Origin: a virus | Taxonomy: Duplodnaviria; Caudoviricetes | Length of the DNA stretch: 55,452 nt | Reading direction: 5' to 3' (one strand) | Virus record (IMG/VR): IMGVR_UViG_3300021408_000080 | Location: 1-55,452 of that record | Part shown: positions 34,552 to 42,739 of the stretch, piece after piece | Layout: each line of letters begins with the position of its first letter | Numbering within the stretch: position 1 is the first letter of the stretch | Position numbers and translations under genes: made by a program | The notes under the pieces: model-generated | What the model saw: only the letters and a program-made list of their open reading frames with translations | The model's database searches: none | Told to the model about the DNA's origin: nothing

Positions 34552-37257
34552 ATGGCACGATCGAGCGCCGCGCAGCGCCTTCTCCCGTCCCCCGAGGCTG
34601 AAGGCCTCGAAATCACCGAATACTTCGACATCGATGACGACCCCCAGATGCTCCGCGGCGAGATCGATGAGGATGGCTCGCTGATTGTCGACATGGGCGG
34701 CGAGGAGGAGGAAGAGGTCGACCGCGGAACGGGCGAGTTCTTCGAAAACCTGGCCGACGACGTCATCCCCGAGACCGAGCTCATGCGCATCGCCACCGAT
34801 CTTCTGATGAAGATCGATGAGGACAAGCAGGCGCGCGAGAAGCGCGACCAGCAGTACGAGGAGGGCATCCGCCGCACTGGCCTGGGCAACGACGCGCCCG
34901 GCGGCGCCACGTTCGAGGGCGCGAGCAAAGTGGTGCACCCCGGCCTGACCGAGGCCTGTATCGACGGCGAAGCGCGGCTCATGAAGGAGCTATGGCCGCC
35001 ATCAGGACCGGTCAAACCGAAGATCCTGGGCGAGGTTACCGCCGAGAAGCAGACCAAGGCCGATCGCAAAACGGCCTACATGAACCAGCAGCTGACCACG
35101 ACCATGAAGGAGGCGTTCGACACCGTCGAGAAGACGCTCACCCAGGTCATGCTCGGCGGCTCGCAGTTCATCAAGCTGTGGCAGGACCACCGTCTCGGCC
35201 GCCCGCGCATGCAGTTCGTGCCGGTCGACAAGGTCTTCCTCCAGGCGTCGGCCGACAGCCTGCAAGAGGCCGGGCGCCGCACCTTCGTCGAGACCATCAC
35301 CCAGGTGGAATACCTCCAGCGCGTGGAGTCCGGGCAATACCGCAAGGAGCGCATACCTCCGCCGGCAATGGACCCGGAGAAGACCGCGGCCCAGAAGGCG
35401 ACCGACAAGGTCGAGGGCAAGGAGGGCACGGGCCAGAACATCGACGGCGAGCGCGACATCTACGAGACGATGACGTACCTCGAAGTGTCCGACGAAATGG
35501 CGGACGCGCTCGAGCACGAGGAGCAAGGCAAGCTCTACCCGTACCTGATGACGATCGATGCCTCGTCCAAGCGCGTGCTCGCGCTGTACCGGGATTGGGA
35601 GCAGGAAGACGAAGCGCACGAGCCGATCGAGCACTACTTCGAATTCCCGATGATCCCCTGGCGCGGGGCCATGTCGATCGGCTTCTGCCAGATCATCGGC
35701 GGCCTCTCAGGCGCATCGACCGGCGCCCTGCGCGCGCTGCTCGATTCCGCGCACATCGCCAACGTCCAGGGCGGCTACATCAAGAAGGGCGCAGGCATTT
35801 CGGGCCAGAACAAGAAGCCCATGCCCGGCGAAATGCTCGAAGTCGACACCGGCATGGAGACGAAGGACATCCGCGATGTCGTCATGCCCTTCAACACCAA
35901 AGAGCCATCGACGGTGCTCTTCCAGCTGCTCGGCGCGTTGGTCGAGTCGTCCAAGGGCGTGGTGCGAACCACCCTGGACGAGGCGCCTTCCGACCGCCCG
36001 AACCCGGCTACACCGGTCGGCACGCAACTGTCGCGCGTCGAAGAGGGCCTGACGGTCTTCTCGTCCATCCACGGGCGCACCCACACGGCGTTCAATCGCC
36101 TGCTCCAAGGCTTGCACCGGCTCAACCGCCTCTACCTGCCCGAAGTGCAGCGCGTGGATCTGGAGGGCAAAGAAACCCTCATCATGCGCCGCGACTTCGA
36201 AGGGCCGTCCGACGTACAGCCGACCTCTGACCCCACGATCTACAGCGACCGCCAACGGTTCGAGCAGATCGGCGCCATCCAGCAGCGCCAGATCATGCTC
36301 AAGGGCGCCGGCATCAATATGTACAACGACCGCGAGGTGGAGCGGCGCTTCCTCAAGCTGATCAAGGTGCCCGACTTCGAGTCGCTCCTGGTCGCGGAGC
36401 CCAAGCCCAGCGAGTTGAACTCCGTCAACGAGAACGTGGCGATGGCCTTCGGGCGTCCCGTGGTCGTGTTCGCCAATCAGGATCACCTCGCGCACCTTCA
36501 GGCGCATCTGGACTTCGCCCAGTCGCCCGCGCTTGGCGGTAACCCGATCATCCAGCAGAAGTTCTTGCCCGCGCTCCTGCAACACTGCGCAGAGCACATG
36601 GTCTATCACTACGTCACGATCATGAATAACTTCGTCTCGGATGCGGCGGGCGTGCCGGCGGCGGAGCTCTACAGCCAGGATGACGAGGTCAAGAACGCCT
36701 TCGACCAGGTGCTGGCGATGGCGAGCATGCGCCTGGTCCCGGGCATCAGCATCACGTTCGAGAGGGCGCTACCGCTGCTCCAGAAGGGCATGCAGGCCCT
36801 GCAAGCTATGATGCCACCCCCGCCCATGGACCCAGCCCAGGCCGCTGCCAAGGCCGCAGAGGCCGAAACCCAGCGCCGGACGGCCGACGACGCGAGCAAG
36901 GCCGAACTCGCGGCCAAGGAACTGGAACGCAAGGGCACGAAGGACCAGACCGACGCCGCGCTCAAGGACAAGCAGATCAACACCGCTGCCTCCGTCCAGC
37001 GCGAGAAGACCGCCGCCGACATGATCAAGGCGCGCGAGGCCAATCAGAACAAGCTCACCACCACGCTGATCACGACCGACACGGACGAGGAGATCGCCGA
37101 GGGTGACCGCCTGACCCAGGAAGGGATCGCCCGTGGCAACCGCACGGCCGCGGAGATCACCGCCGAAGGCAATCGCAGGGCGAGCAAGGACACCGCCATT
37201 TCCGTGGTAAAGGCCAAACCCAAGCCAGCGGCCAGGAAACCCGGAGCCAAGAAATGA
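34552..37257 (+). CDS. Portal protein
   Basis: 901 aa after TerL; FFENLAD...GATFEGASKVVHPGLTEACID, GGLSGASTGALRALLDSAH, FSSIHGRTH; coiled-coil C-terminus. Confidence 0.9.
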   Translation: MARSSAAQRLLPSPEAEGLEITEYFDIDDDPQMLRGEIDEDGSLIVDMGGEEEEEVDRGTGEFFENLADDVIPETELMRIATDLLMKIDEDKQAREKRDQQYEEGIRRTGLGNDAPGGATFEGASKVVHPGLTEACIDGEARLMKELWPPSGPVKPKILGEVTAEKQTKADRKTAYMNQQLTTTMKEAFDTVEKTLTQVMLGGSQFIKLWQDHRLGRPRMQFVPVDKVFLQASADSLQEAGRRTFVETITQVEYLQRVESGQYRKERIPPPAMDPEKTAAQKATDKVEGKEGTGQNIDGERDIYETMTYLEVSDEMADALEHEEQGKLYPYLMTIDASSKRVLALYRDWEQEDEAHEPIEHYFEFPMIPWRGAMSIGFCQIIGGLSGASTGALRALLDSAHIANVQGGYIKKGAGISGQNKKPMPGEMLEVDTGMETKDIRDVVMPFNTKEPSTVLFQLLGALVESSKGVVRTTLDEAPSDRPNPATPVGTQLSRVEEGLTVFSSIHGRTHTAFNRLLQGLHRLNRLYLPEVQRVDLEGKETLIMRRDFEGPSDVQPTSDPTIYSDRQRFEQIGAIQQRQIMLKGAGINMYNDREVERRFLKLIKVPDFESLLVAEPKPSELNSVNENVAMAFGRPVVVFANQDHLAHLQAHLDFAQSPALGGNPIIQQKFLPALLQHCAEHMVYHYVTIMNNFVSDAAGVPAAELYSQDDEVKNAFDQVLAMASMRLVPGISITFERALPLLQKGMQALQAMMPPPPMDPAQAAAKAAEAETQRRTADDASKAELAAKELERKGTKDQTDAALKDKQINTAASVQREKTAADMIKAREANQNKLTTTLITTDTDEEIAEGDRLTQEGIARGNRTAAEITAEGNRRASKDTAISVVKAKPKPAARKPGAKK

Positions 37258-37481
37258 AACGGCTAGTCCTCTCCACCCCGCGCCCGGTAATGTCCCCGCG
37301 CATCCAGCGCTACGCGAGGATCATCTGCATGGCCCAAGGCCAGGACCCCGATAAGACGTGGCCGCCGGTGCAAGTCGGTGACGATCGTCCCAAGCGCATG
37401 TGGACCTTCCACGTCGACACCGCGATCGAGGTGCTGAAGCAGGCCGACGCCGACATCGCCAAGGACGGCGCGATCAAATGA
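37254..37481 (+). CDS. Hypothetical protein
   Basis: ATGA-coupled. Confidence 0.6.
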   Translation: MKRLVLSTPRPVMSPRIQRYARIICMAQGQDPDKTWPPVQVGDDRPKRMWTFHVDTAIEVLKQADADIAKDGAIK

Positions 37482-38020
37482 GCCGCTACCCGATCATCCC
37501 GGTTGAAATGCTCGATGAGGGCATGGTCATCGACAACTACTGGTGCGAGTGCGGCAAGGGGCCGGACGTGGCGCGCGGGCGCTTCAAGGAGTCGAACAAG
37601 CCCGACGCCGATTGGAGCGACACGCGCCGATGCGAGTGCAACCGTGATGTGGAAATGTCATCGCAGAGCTTCGAACGCTTCTACCGCCGGCTCGATACCG
37701 GCGAGGAACTGGGCGGCAGTCGCCACCCGCACAAGGTGCACGCGGATCTCCCAGCTGGCTGCGCCTACTTCCAGATCGACCCGGCCTATGCGGCCGAGCA
37801 GAGCGGACCCGACGGCAAGTGCCTGGTCGTGGTGCTGCCCGACGGCCATCACTGGTACGTCGACAGCACGTCGAGCAGCAACGGGCGATGGAAGCGGAAG
37901 GGCTCGATCCTGGACGGCACGCTGGATATCAAGCCGTCGATCCGGGTCGGCAATCCCCAGACCTACCATGGCCACGTGAACAACGGCTGGTTGGAGAGCA
38001 CGAGCGACAGCCCCTGTTAA
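37478..38020 (+). CDS. Hypothetical protein with DUF6527-like C-terminus
   Basis: RWKRKG..DGTLDIKPSIRV...YHGHVNNGWL. Confidence 0.5.
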   Translation: MSRYPIIPVEMLDEGMVIDNYWCECGKGPDVARGRFKESNKPDADWSDTRRCECNRDVEMSSQSFERFYRRLDTGEELGGSRHPHKVHADLPAGCAYFQIDPAYAAEQSGPDGKCLVVVLPDGHHWYVDSTSSSNGRWKRKGSILDGTLDIKPSIRVGNPQTYHGHVNNGWLESTSDSPC

Positions 38021-38209
38021 GCTGTGGACAATGCGCGCGCGCCGTTGCAAATGCAGGAACGCCAAGGTTTGATGCTCGCGCTGTGGCGAGCGATGACCGG
38101 CGCACTTCGGTCTAACAAAGTTGGCCCTTTGGATGCCCTTAGGCGGTAATCCCCGTCACAGCAACTTTCCTGCTATACATCCTGAGTCGACCGCCCCCAG
38201 GAGTGCCAC

Positions 38210-38395
38210 ATGGCCAAGCAATCCAATCAGCAGTCCCACCTGTCCACCGGCCGCGAAGACGTCGAGACAGGCCCGCTCAAGCAGCACCACCGCATGGCCG
38301 TCGGAGACAAGGTCAGCGGCAAGGACAATCCCAACGGCGCCACCGTCGCTTCGACCGAAAGCACGATCGCGAATGGCAAGGGCAAGAACTGGTAG
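38210..38395 (+). CDS. Hypothetical protein
   Basis: AGGAG RBS. Confidence 0.65.
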   Translation: MAKQSNQQSHLSTGREDVETGPLKQHHRMAVGDKVSGKDNPNGATVASTESTIANGKGKNW

Positions 38396-38600
38396 ACGCC
38401 TCGGGGTTGATGCCATCAATCTAAGGCTGCGCCTGGCTGTTCTGTCGGACGGATCGACCGTCCCCATCACCATCCTGATTGACGCCGACTTACTCGAGAC
38501 GGACTCCGAAGATGCCGCAGTCGCGTTCGTCGCAGGCTCAGGGGAATTCTGGTTCGCAGGCGCGATCGAAGACTACCGGGGCGGCCCGCGGCTCAATTGA
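38373..38600 (+). CDS. Hypothetical acidic protein
   Basis: VDAINLRLRLAVLSDGSTVPIT...AFVAG..WF; start uncertain. Confidence 0.5.
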   Translation: MARARTGRRLGVDAINLRLRLAVLSDGSTVPITILIDADLLETDSEDAAVAFVAGSGEFWFAGAIEDYRGGPRLN

Positions 38601-38796
38601 TATCCTGGTCCCAGAGACCGATGCCGCCTTCCTCCAACGCATCCGCCAAGCCATCCAGATTGCGCGCGACGGCGGGCGCGTCCACAATTTCATGGCGAGC
38701 GGACCAGCAGCCAACAGCCTGAACATCGAGTTCGACGTCGTCGACCGCCTCTGCGAGATCGCCGAGCGAGGCCTAACCACGAGGAGGCGCGCATGA
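38596..38796 (+). CDS. Hypothetical protein (start uncertain)
   Basis: Coding-like frame ending in ATGA overlap with next gene. Confidence 0.4.
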   Translation: MDILVPETDAAFLQRIRQAIQIARDGGRVHNFMASGPAANSLNIEFDVVDRLCEIAERGLTTRRRA

Positions 38797-39014
38797 GCCT
38801 GCACCCATCCACATTTGAGTACCTGAAGCCGACAGCCGAGCAGATCGTGCAGATGGCCAATGTCCGCGAGGCGGCCAAGGTATATGCCGACATGCTCGAC
38901 GCCGTGTTACCCGAGGGCCCGGACAAGACCTTCATCCTCCGCGCCCACCGCTCGAACGCTATGTGGGCGAACGTCTGCATCACGAGACAGCCTGACGGGA
39001 CGCCGCGCCAATGA
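38793..39014 (+). CDS. Acb2/Tad1-like helical hairpin protein (candidate nucleotide sponge)
   Basis: TFEYLKPTAEQIVQMANVREAAK...LPEGPDKTFILRAHRSNAMWANVCITR; GAGGAGG RBS. Confidence 0.6.
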   Translation: MSLHPSTFEYLKPTAEQIVQMANVREAAKVYADMLDAVLPEGPDKTFILRAHRSNAMWANVCITRQPDGTPRQ

Positions 39015-39304
39015 GCGGCAGCAGGACCATCGACTTCAGCCGCGCGCTGCTCGCGATGAAGGACGGCCACCGCGTCCAGCGCGCCGTCTGGAAGGGCGAG
39101 TGGGTCTGCCTCGGCAATGGCGGCATAATCTCGTGGGAAGAGTTCTGGAACGAGCACACCCGGATCTTCGCTTCGGGGCAAACGAACCACGAGGCCGAAT
39201 TGCTGCCCTACTTCATCATGAAGACCGCCGACGACAAGATCCAGATGGGCTGGCACCCGTCGCAATCCGACATACTCGCCGAAGATTGGCAGGTTGTGGC
39301 ATGA
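39011..39304 (+). CDS. tad2: DUF2829 / Tad2-family protein
   Basis: DFSRALLAMKDGHRVQRAVWKG...PYFIMKTADD...GWHPSQSDILAEDWQVV. Confidence 0.85.
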   Translation: MSGSRTIDFSRALLAMKDGHRVQRAVWKGEWVCLGNGGIISWEEFWNEHTRIFASGQTNHEAELLPYFIMKTADDKIQMGWHPSQSDILAEDWQVVA

Positions 39305-39570
39305 GCGCCTCGACGCAGTGTCCGCATAGCGACCTGGAGATCAACATCCACAACGTCGGGATGACGGACAGCAACATCCGCTACATGGAGGTCAAGGCGC
39401 TGTGCAAGCTGTGCCTGAAGCCCATCGCCTTCCGCGGCGCGCCCCTCGGCGTCTCGCCCATGCACCCGACCATGGCGCTCGACGGGCAAGAGATCAGGCT
39501 TCCGTTCCTGGCCGAGGGCGAAGAGTACGACGGCAAGTCCATTGGCTTCACAGGGAGAGTGATCGGATGA
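39301..39570 (+). CDS. Hypothetical Zn-binding protein
   Basis: CPH...CKLC; ATGA-coupled. Confidence 0.7.
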   Translation: MSASTQCPHSDLEINIHNVGMTDSNIRYMEVKALCKLCLKPIAFRGAPLGVSPMHPTMALDGQEIRLPFLAEGEEYDGKSIGFTGRVIG

Positions 39571-39854
39571 GCCTACCGCCCGACGGAGAGATCATCGAGC
39601 GCGCCAAGGGCATGCTCCTGACGTTCAAGGGCATGCGGCTCGGCAACGGCATGACGCAGAACATCAATATGTCGGCCGAGCGCGCGGAGCGCCTGGTGGC
39701 GCTGGCCATGCTCGGGCTCGATATCCGGGCTGAGTGGGAGCGTGAGAGCGAGCTACCCGAGGACGTGCGCGCCTGGCTCGCCCCGTTCATGGAGAAATGG
39801 GTGGAGAAGACGAACCTGTTGGTCGGCACGATCATCGAGGACAAGAAGCCATGA
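39567..39854 (+). CDS. Hypothetical protein
   Basis: ATGA-coupled. Confidence 0.6.
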   Translation: MSLPPDGEIIERAKGMLLTFKGMRLGNGMTQNINMSAERAERLVALAMLGLDIRAEWERESELPEDVRAWLAPFMEKWVEKTNLLVGTIIEDKKP

Positions 39855-40096
39855 AGCTTGAGCCCGTCCAGTCGTCGAACATCAAAGCCATAGGGCACGA
39901 GGGCAAGTCGCTCTTCGTGCAGTTCCAGTCCGGCGAAGTGTGGGAATACACGCCGATCCCCGTCCAGGTTTACGAGGAACTGATCAAGGCGAGGTCGATC
40001 GGCGCGCACTTCCACAAGTGGATTCGCTCGAACTCGGCCTACAAGAGCAAGAAGGTCGAAGGCCCCGCGGCGTCCGGACCGCCCTCTGTGGCATAG
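39851..40096 (+). CDS. KTSC-domain protein
   Basis: PVQSSNIKAIGH...LFVQFQSGEVWEY...VYEELIKARSIGAHFHKWIR. Confidence 0.9.
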   Translation: MKLEPVQSSNIKAIGHEGKSLFVQFQSGEVWEYTPIPVQVYEELIKARSIGAHFHKWIRSNSAYKSKKVEGPAASGPPSVA

Positions 40097-40131
40097 TGGC
40101 CACGGGTGCAACTGATTCGAGGCACATTTTT

Positions 40132-40206
40132 GGCGCGGTGGAGCAGTGGTAGCTCGCGACGCTCATAACGTCGAGGTCGGGGGTTCGAATCCCTCCTGCG
40201 CTCCCA
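40132..40206 (+). tRNA. tRNA with CAT anticodon (Met-type, atypical)
   Basis: Cloverleaf: acceptor GGCGCGG/CTGCGCT, D-stem GAGC/GCTC, anticodon arm CGACG-CTCATAA-CGTCG, T-arm GGGGG-TTCGAAT-CCCTC, encoded CCA. Confidence 0.93.
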
Positions 40207-40439
40207 ACTCTAAGTACATCCCGCAACAACCTTCATCGTTTTGTCTCTCGGCACTCACACGCACGAGTGGCACACTCCGGTCTTCTCAGGTGATTCGAAC
40301 CGTTGGGAGCGAGGCCATGCAGCTATCGGTGCGCGAACTGTTCGAGTTGCTGAGGCGTCGTTGTTGCCTCTGCCGCCCGAAACCCGGACACGGTCGGATC
40401 AAAACAGCGGTCATGATGTTCGGACCCCCAGGAGACGAC

Positions 40440-40760
40440 ATGGCAAAAGGTTTCATCGATCTGGACCAGACCTCGATCCCTTCAGTTCTGGACCTCAGGA
40501 ATAAGGCGGGCGAGCCCGTCACGCCCGATACACCCCCGGTTTGGACGCTCGGCGACCCGTCGATCGCATCCATCACAGTGGCCTCCGACGGCATGTCCGC
40601 CGTCTTCGCGCCGCTCGCAGTGGGCATCACCACCGTGAACGTGACCGTTGACGCCGAAATCGGCGAAGGCGTGACCGAAATGCTTCTGTCCGGCGAACTC
40701 GAAGTCACCGCTGGCGATATCGCCACGGGCGAAGTGACCTTCGGTCCGCCTGTAGACTAA
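40440..40760 (+). CDS. Ig-like (Big_2-type) domain protein
   Basis: AGGAG RBS; PVWTLGDPSIASITVASDGMSAVFAPLAVGITTVNVT; alternative in-frame upstream start (MQLSVREL). Confidence 0.65.
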   Translation: MAKGFIDLDQTSIPSVLDLRNKAGEPVTPDTPPVWTLGDPSIASITVASDGMSAVFAPLAVGITTVNVTVDAEIGEGVTEMLLSGELEVTAGDIATGEVTFGPPVD

Positions 40761-40874
40761 GCCGCCCGAGGCATGGCGACTTGCGAGCGCCGTCAGGGAA
40801 ACCTGGCGGCGCTTTCGTTTGGGGCACGATTGTACAATCGAGTACCATCACCGCGCGCGAAACGGAGAGAGACG

Positions 40875-41174
40875 GTGATTGACATACGCGAGATTGTGAA
40901 AACCTGGATGTGGGAAAACCGCGCCCAATGGCTTACCGAGGTTGCCGTTGCGCACCGTGACGGCGCTGACGAGGATAAGCTGGGGGCAAAGGCTGACGAT
41001 CTCCTCGCCCGTCTCGACGCTCTCGGGTTGGCCGTGGTGCCGAAAGAGCCGAGTGAGGAAGCAATTCGGGCGTGGTGGAAAATAGAACGTAAGCGGCCTT
41101 ATAATTCGTTCAACACGCCCACGGACTGCGGCACGGCAATGTACCGCGCCATGATCGAAGCGTCTAAGCCATGA
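40875..41174 (+). CDS. Hypothetical phage protein
   Basis: GGAG RBS plus GTG; GLAVVPKEPSEEAI...YRAMIEA. Confidence 0.65.
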   Translation: MIDIREIVKTWMWENRAQWLTEVAVAHRDGADEDKLGAKADDLLARLDALGLAVVPKEPSEEAIRAWWKIERKRPYNSFNTPTDCGTAMYRAMIEASKP

Positions 41175-41213
41175 CCAAGAAGCGCAAACGCAGGGACAAA
41201 CAAGGGTCACGGC

Positions 41214-41450
41214 TCACATCGTCCGATTGTTCCAGCGCTTGATCGCAGCGGCCTTGTAGGCGTCGGTGCCACGCCCATCGCAGGTGAGCGCGCCATCACT
41301 GACCCGCACGCCCTCATCGTGCCCGTCGTAGGTCGCGCACCGCTTGTTCACGCACACGACCGCAGCCCAAGCAGTGCCCTCGACCTCAGGATTGGTCGGC
41401 AGGATCTTCGGAAGCTTGCCGCAGAACGGGCAGGGCAGTGGTTTAGGCAC
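41214..41450 (-). CDS. Lar-family (restriction alleviation-like) Zn-finger protein
   Basis: PLPCPFCGK...VVC...C...AAIKRWNNR; GGAGG RBS. Confidence 0.7.
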   Translation of the reverse strand: MPKPLPCPFCGKLPKILPTNPEVEGTAWAAVVCVNKRCATYDGHDEGVRVSDGALTCDGRGTDAYKAAAIKRWNNRTM

Positions 41451-41706
41451 GCCGTCCTCCCGACGCGCGGCGCTTCTTCTGCTTGCTGCTGGCCACGACA
41501 ACGGGGAACGCCTTGGCCCACTTATCAAGCTCGGTCTTGAGGTAGAGCGATTGGCCGCCGCCTGGTCGCGTGCGGGCCTCAGGCCCGATGCACTGCATCG
41601 CATACCGGGCGAGCGCGTATTTCGAGACCGGGAAATAGTGTTCGGTGAGGTATGTCGCGGCTTCTTTGCGTGAGAGGTACGACCGGCTCGGTATTATTTC
41701 ACTCAC
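41443..41706 (-). CDS. Excisionase/MerR-like HTH DNA-binding protein
   Basis: YLSRKEAATYL...VSKYALARYA...GP...LYLKTELDKWA; GGAG RBS. Confidence 0.75.
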   Translation of the reverse strand: MSEIIPSRSYLSRKEAATYLTEHYFPVSKYALARYAMQCIGPEARTRPGGGQSLYLKTELDKWAKAFPVVVASSKQKKRRASGGRRA

Positions 41707-41905
41707 TGGCGCGCTCCTGCTTTGATTCGAGGCACCTACACCTCCCGGCGGAAGACTGGCGATCGACTCGCGCCGTCTCTGGTGTCGCGATGTATGTAAA
41801 TAATCCACCGCCGTTGCAAGTACATCGCAACCTATAGCGCGCAATCGCACATCTAGTGTCGTGGGGTTGCGCGCCTACTCGTATTGCCGCAACTCTCGCG
41901 CACCG

Positions 41906-42100
41906 ATGGCGAAAACCCACTTTGAGCAGTTGATCGATGCGGAAAAGCGAATTGTGGCGGACTCTGCAATGAAGTTGGCCAATGGCGATTCCCACGGTCT
42001 GGCTGAATTGAAGGGCGTCTGCCGAGGGCTGGAAAAGGCTCTCGAACTGATGCGCGAAGCGGGCCGCAAGGACATGGCGCTCACGGGAGACCACGACTAA
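41906..42100 (+). CDS. Small helical protein heading the head operon
   Basis: LANGD...KGVCRGLEKALELM; TAATG-coupled to GroES-like gene. Confidence 0.65.
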   Translation: MAKTHFEQLIDAEKRIVADSAMKLANGDSHGLAELKGVCRGLEKALELMREAGRKDMALTGDHD

Positions 42101-42726
42101 TGGCTTCCAGGGCAACGGCCTCCAACGTCACGGCACTGAAGGCACCACGGACCAGAAGTCGGAGCCGGTACACCGAGCCGTCATCCAAGCAGGGGGACAC
42201 ACAGTCGCTCCTGACCTCCAGCAACTCCCTGGCGTTCAAGTATTCCTCGCTCGATGAAGCCTTCCCGGCGGTCGACCCAGGCATCAGGCCCCTCGGGGCG
42301 GTGGTGCTCGTCCAGATCCGCCAGCCCAAGCGCTTCAGCGCCGGCGGGGTCGAACTGATCGCGGAGACCCGCGCGACCGAATATTACAATACCCAGGTGG
42401 CCAAGGTGATTGCCTTCGGGCCGCTTTGCTTCAAGACCGTCAAGACGATCGAGGCGCCCTTACCGGGCGTCGCGCCTCAAGACGTCCTCGTGGACTACGT
42501 CGAAGGCTCCTGGTTCCAACTGGGCGAGTTCGTGCGTGTCCCGAGATACGGCGGCGACCGCTTCGCTGTCGAATACGACCACGTCTACCGCCTGAAAGAG
42601 CCGGGCTCGGATCACTTCGAGCCCAGCACACGCCGCGAAGAGATCATCTTCTGCCTGTTCAAGGCGAAGGACATCCTCGGCGTGATTACGGGTGACCCCC
42701 TCAAAGTCAAAGCTTTCTTGGATTGA
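42100..42726 (+). CDS. groES: GroES/Cpn10-like co-chaperonin
   Basis: IRPLGAVVLVQ...SAGGVEL...AKVIAFGP...LGEFVRVPRYGG...KDILGVI. Confidence 0.8.
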   Translation: MASRATASNVTALKAPRTRSRSRYTEPSSKQGDTQSLLTSSNSLAFKYSSLDEAFPAVDPGIRPLGAVVLVQIRQPKRFSAGGVELIAETRATEYYNTQVAKVIAFGPLCFKTVKTIEAPLPGVAPQDVLVDYVEGSWFQLGEFVRVPRYGGDRFAVEYDHVYRLKEPGSDHFEPSTRREEIIFCLFKAKDILGVITGDPLKVKAFLD

Positions 42727-42739
42727 TGAGATCGCGAAC

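Noticed and set aside
40207-40317. HDV-like (theta) ribozyme after the tRNA
   Set aside because: Only a short CACTC/GAGTG stem is visible; I could not build the nested double pseudoknot
40132-41706. tRNA plus excisionase-like gene as a prophage attachment boundary
   Set aside because: Phage genes continue on both sides; I saw no integrase and no duplicated tRNA 3' end
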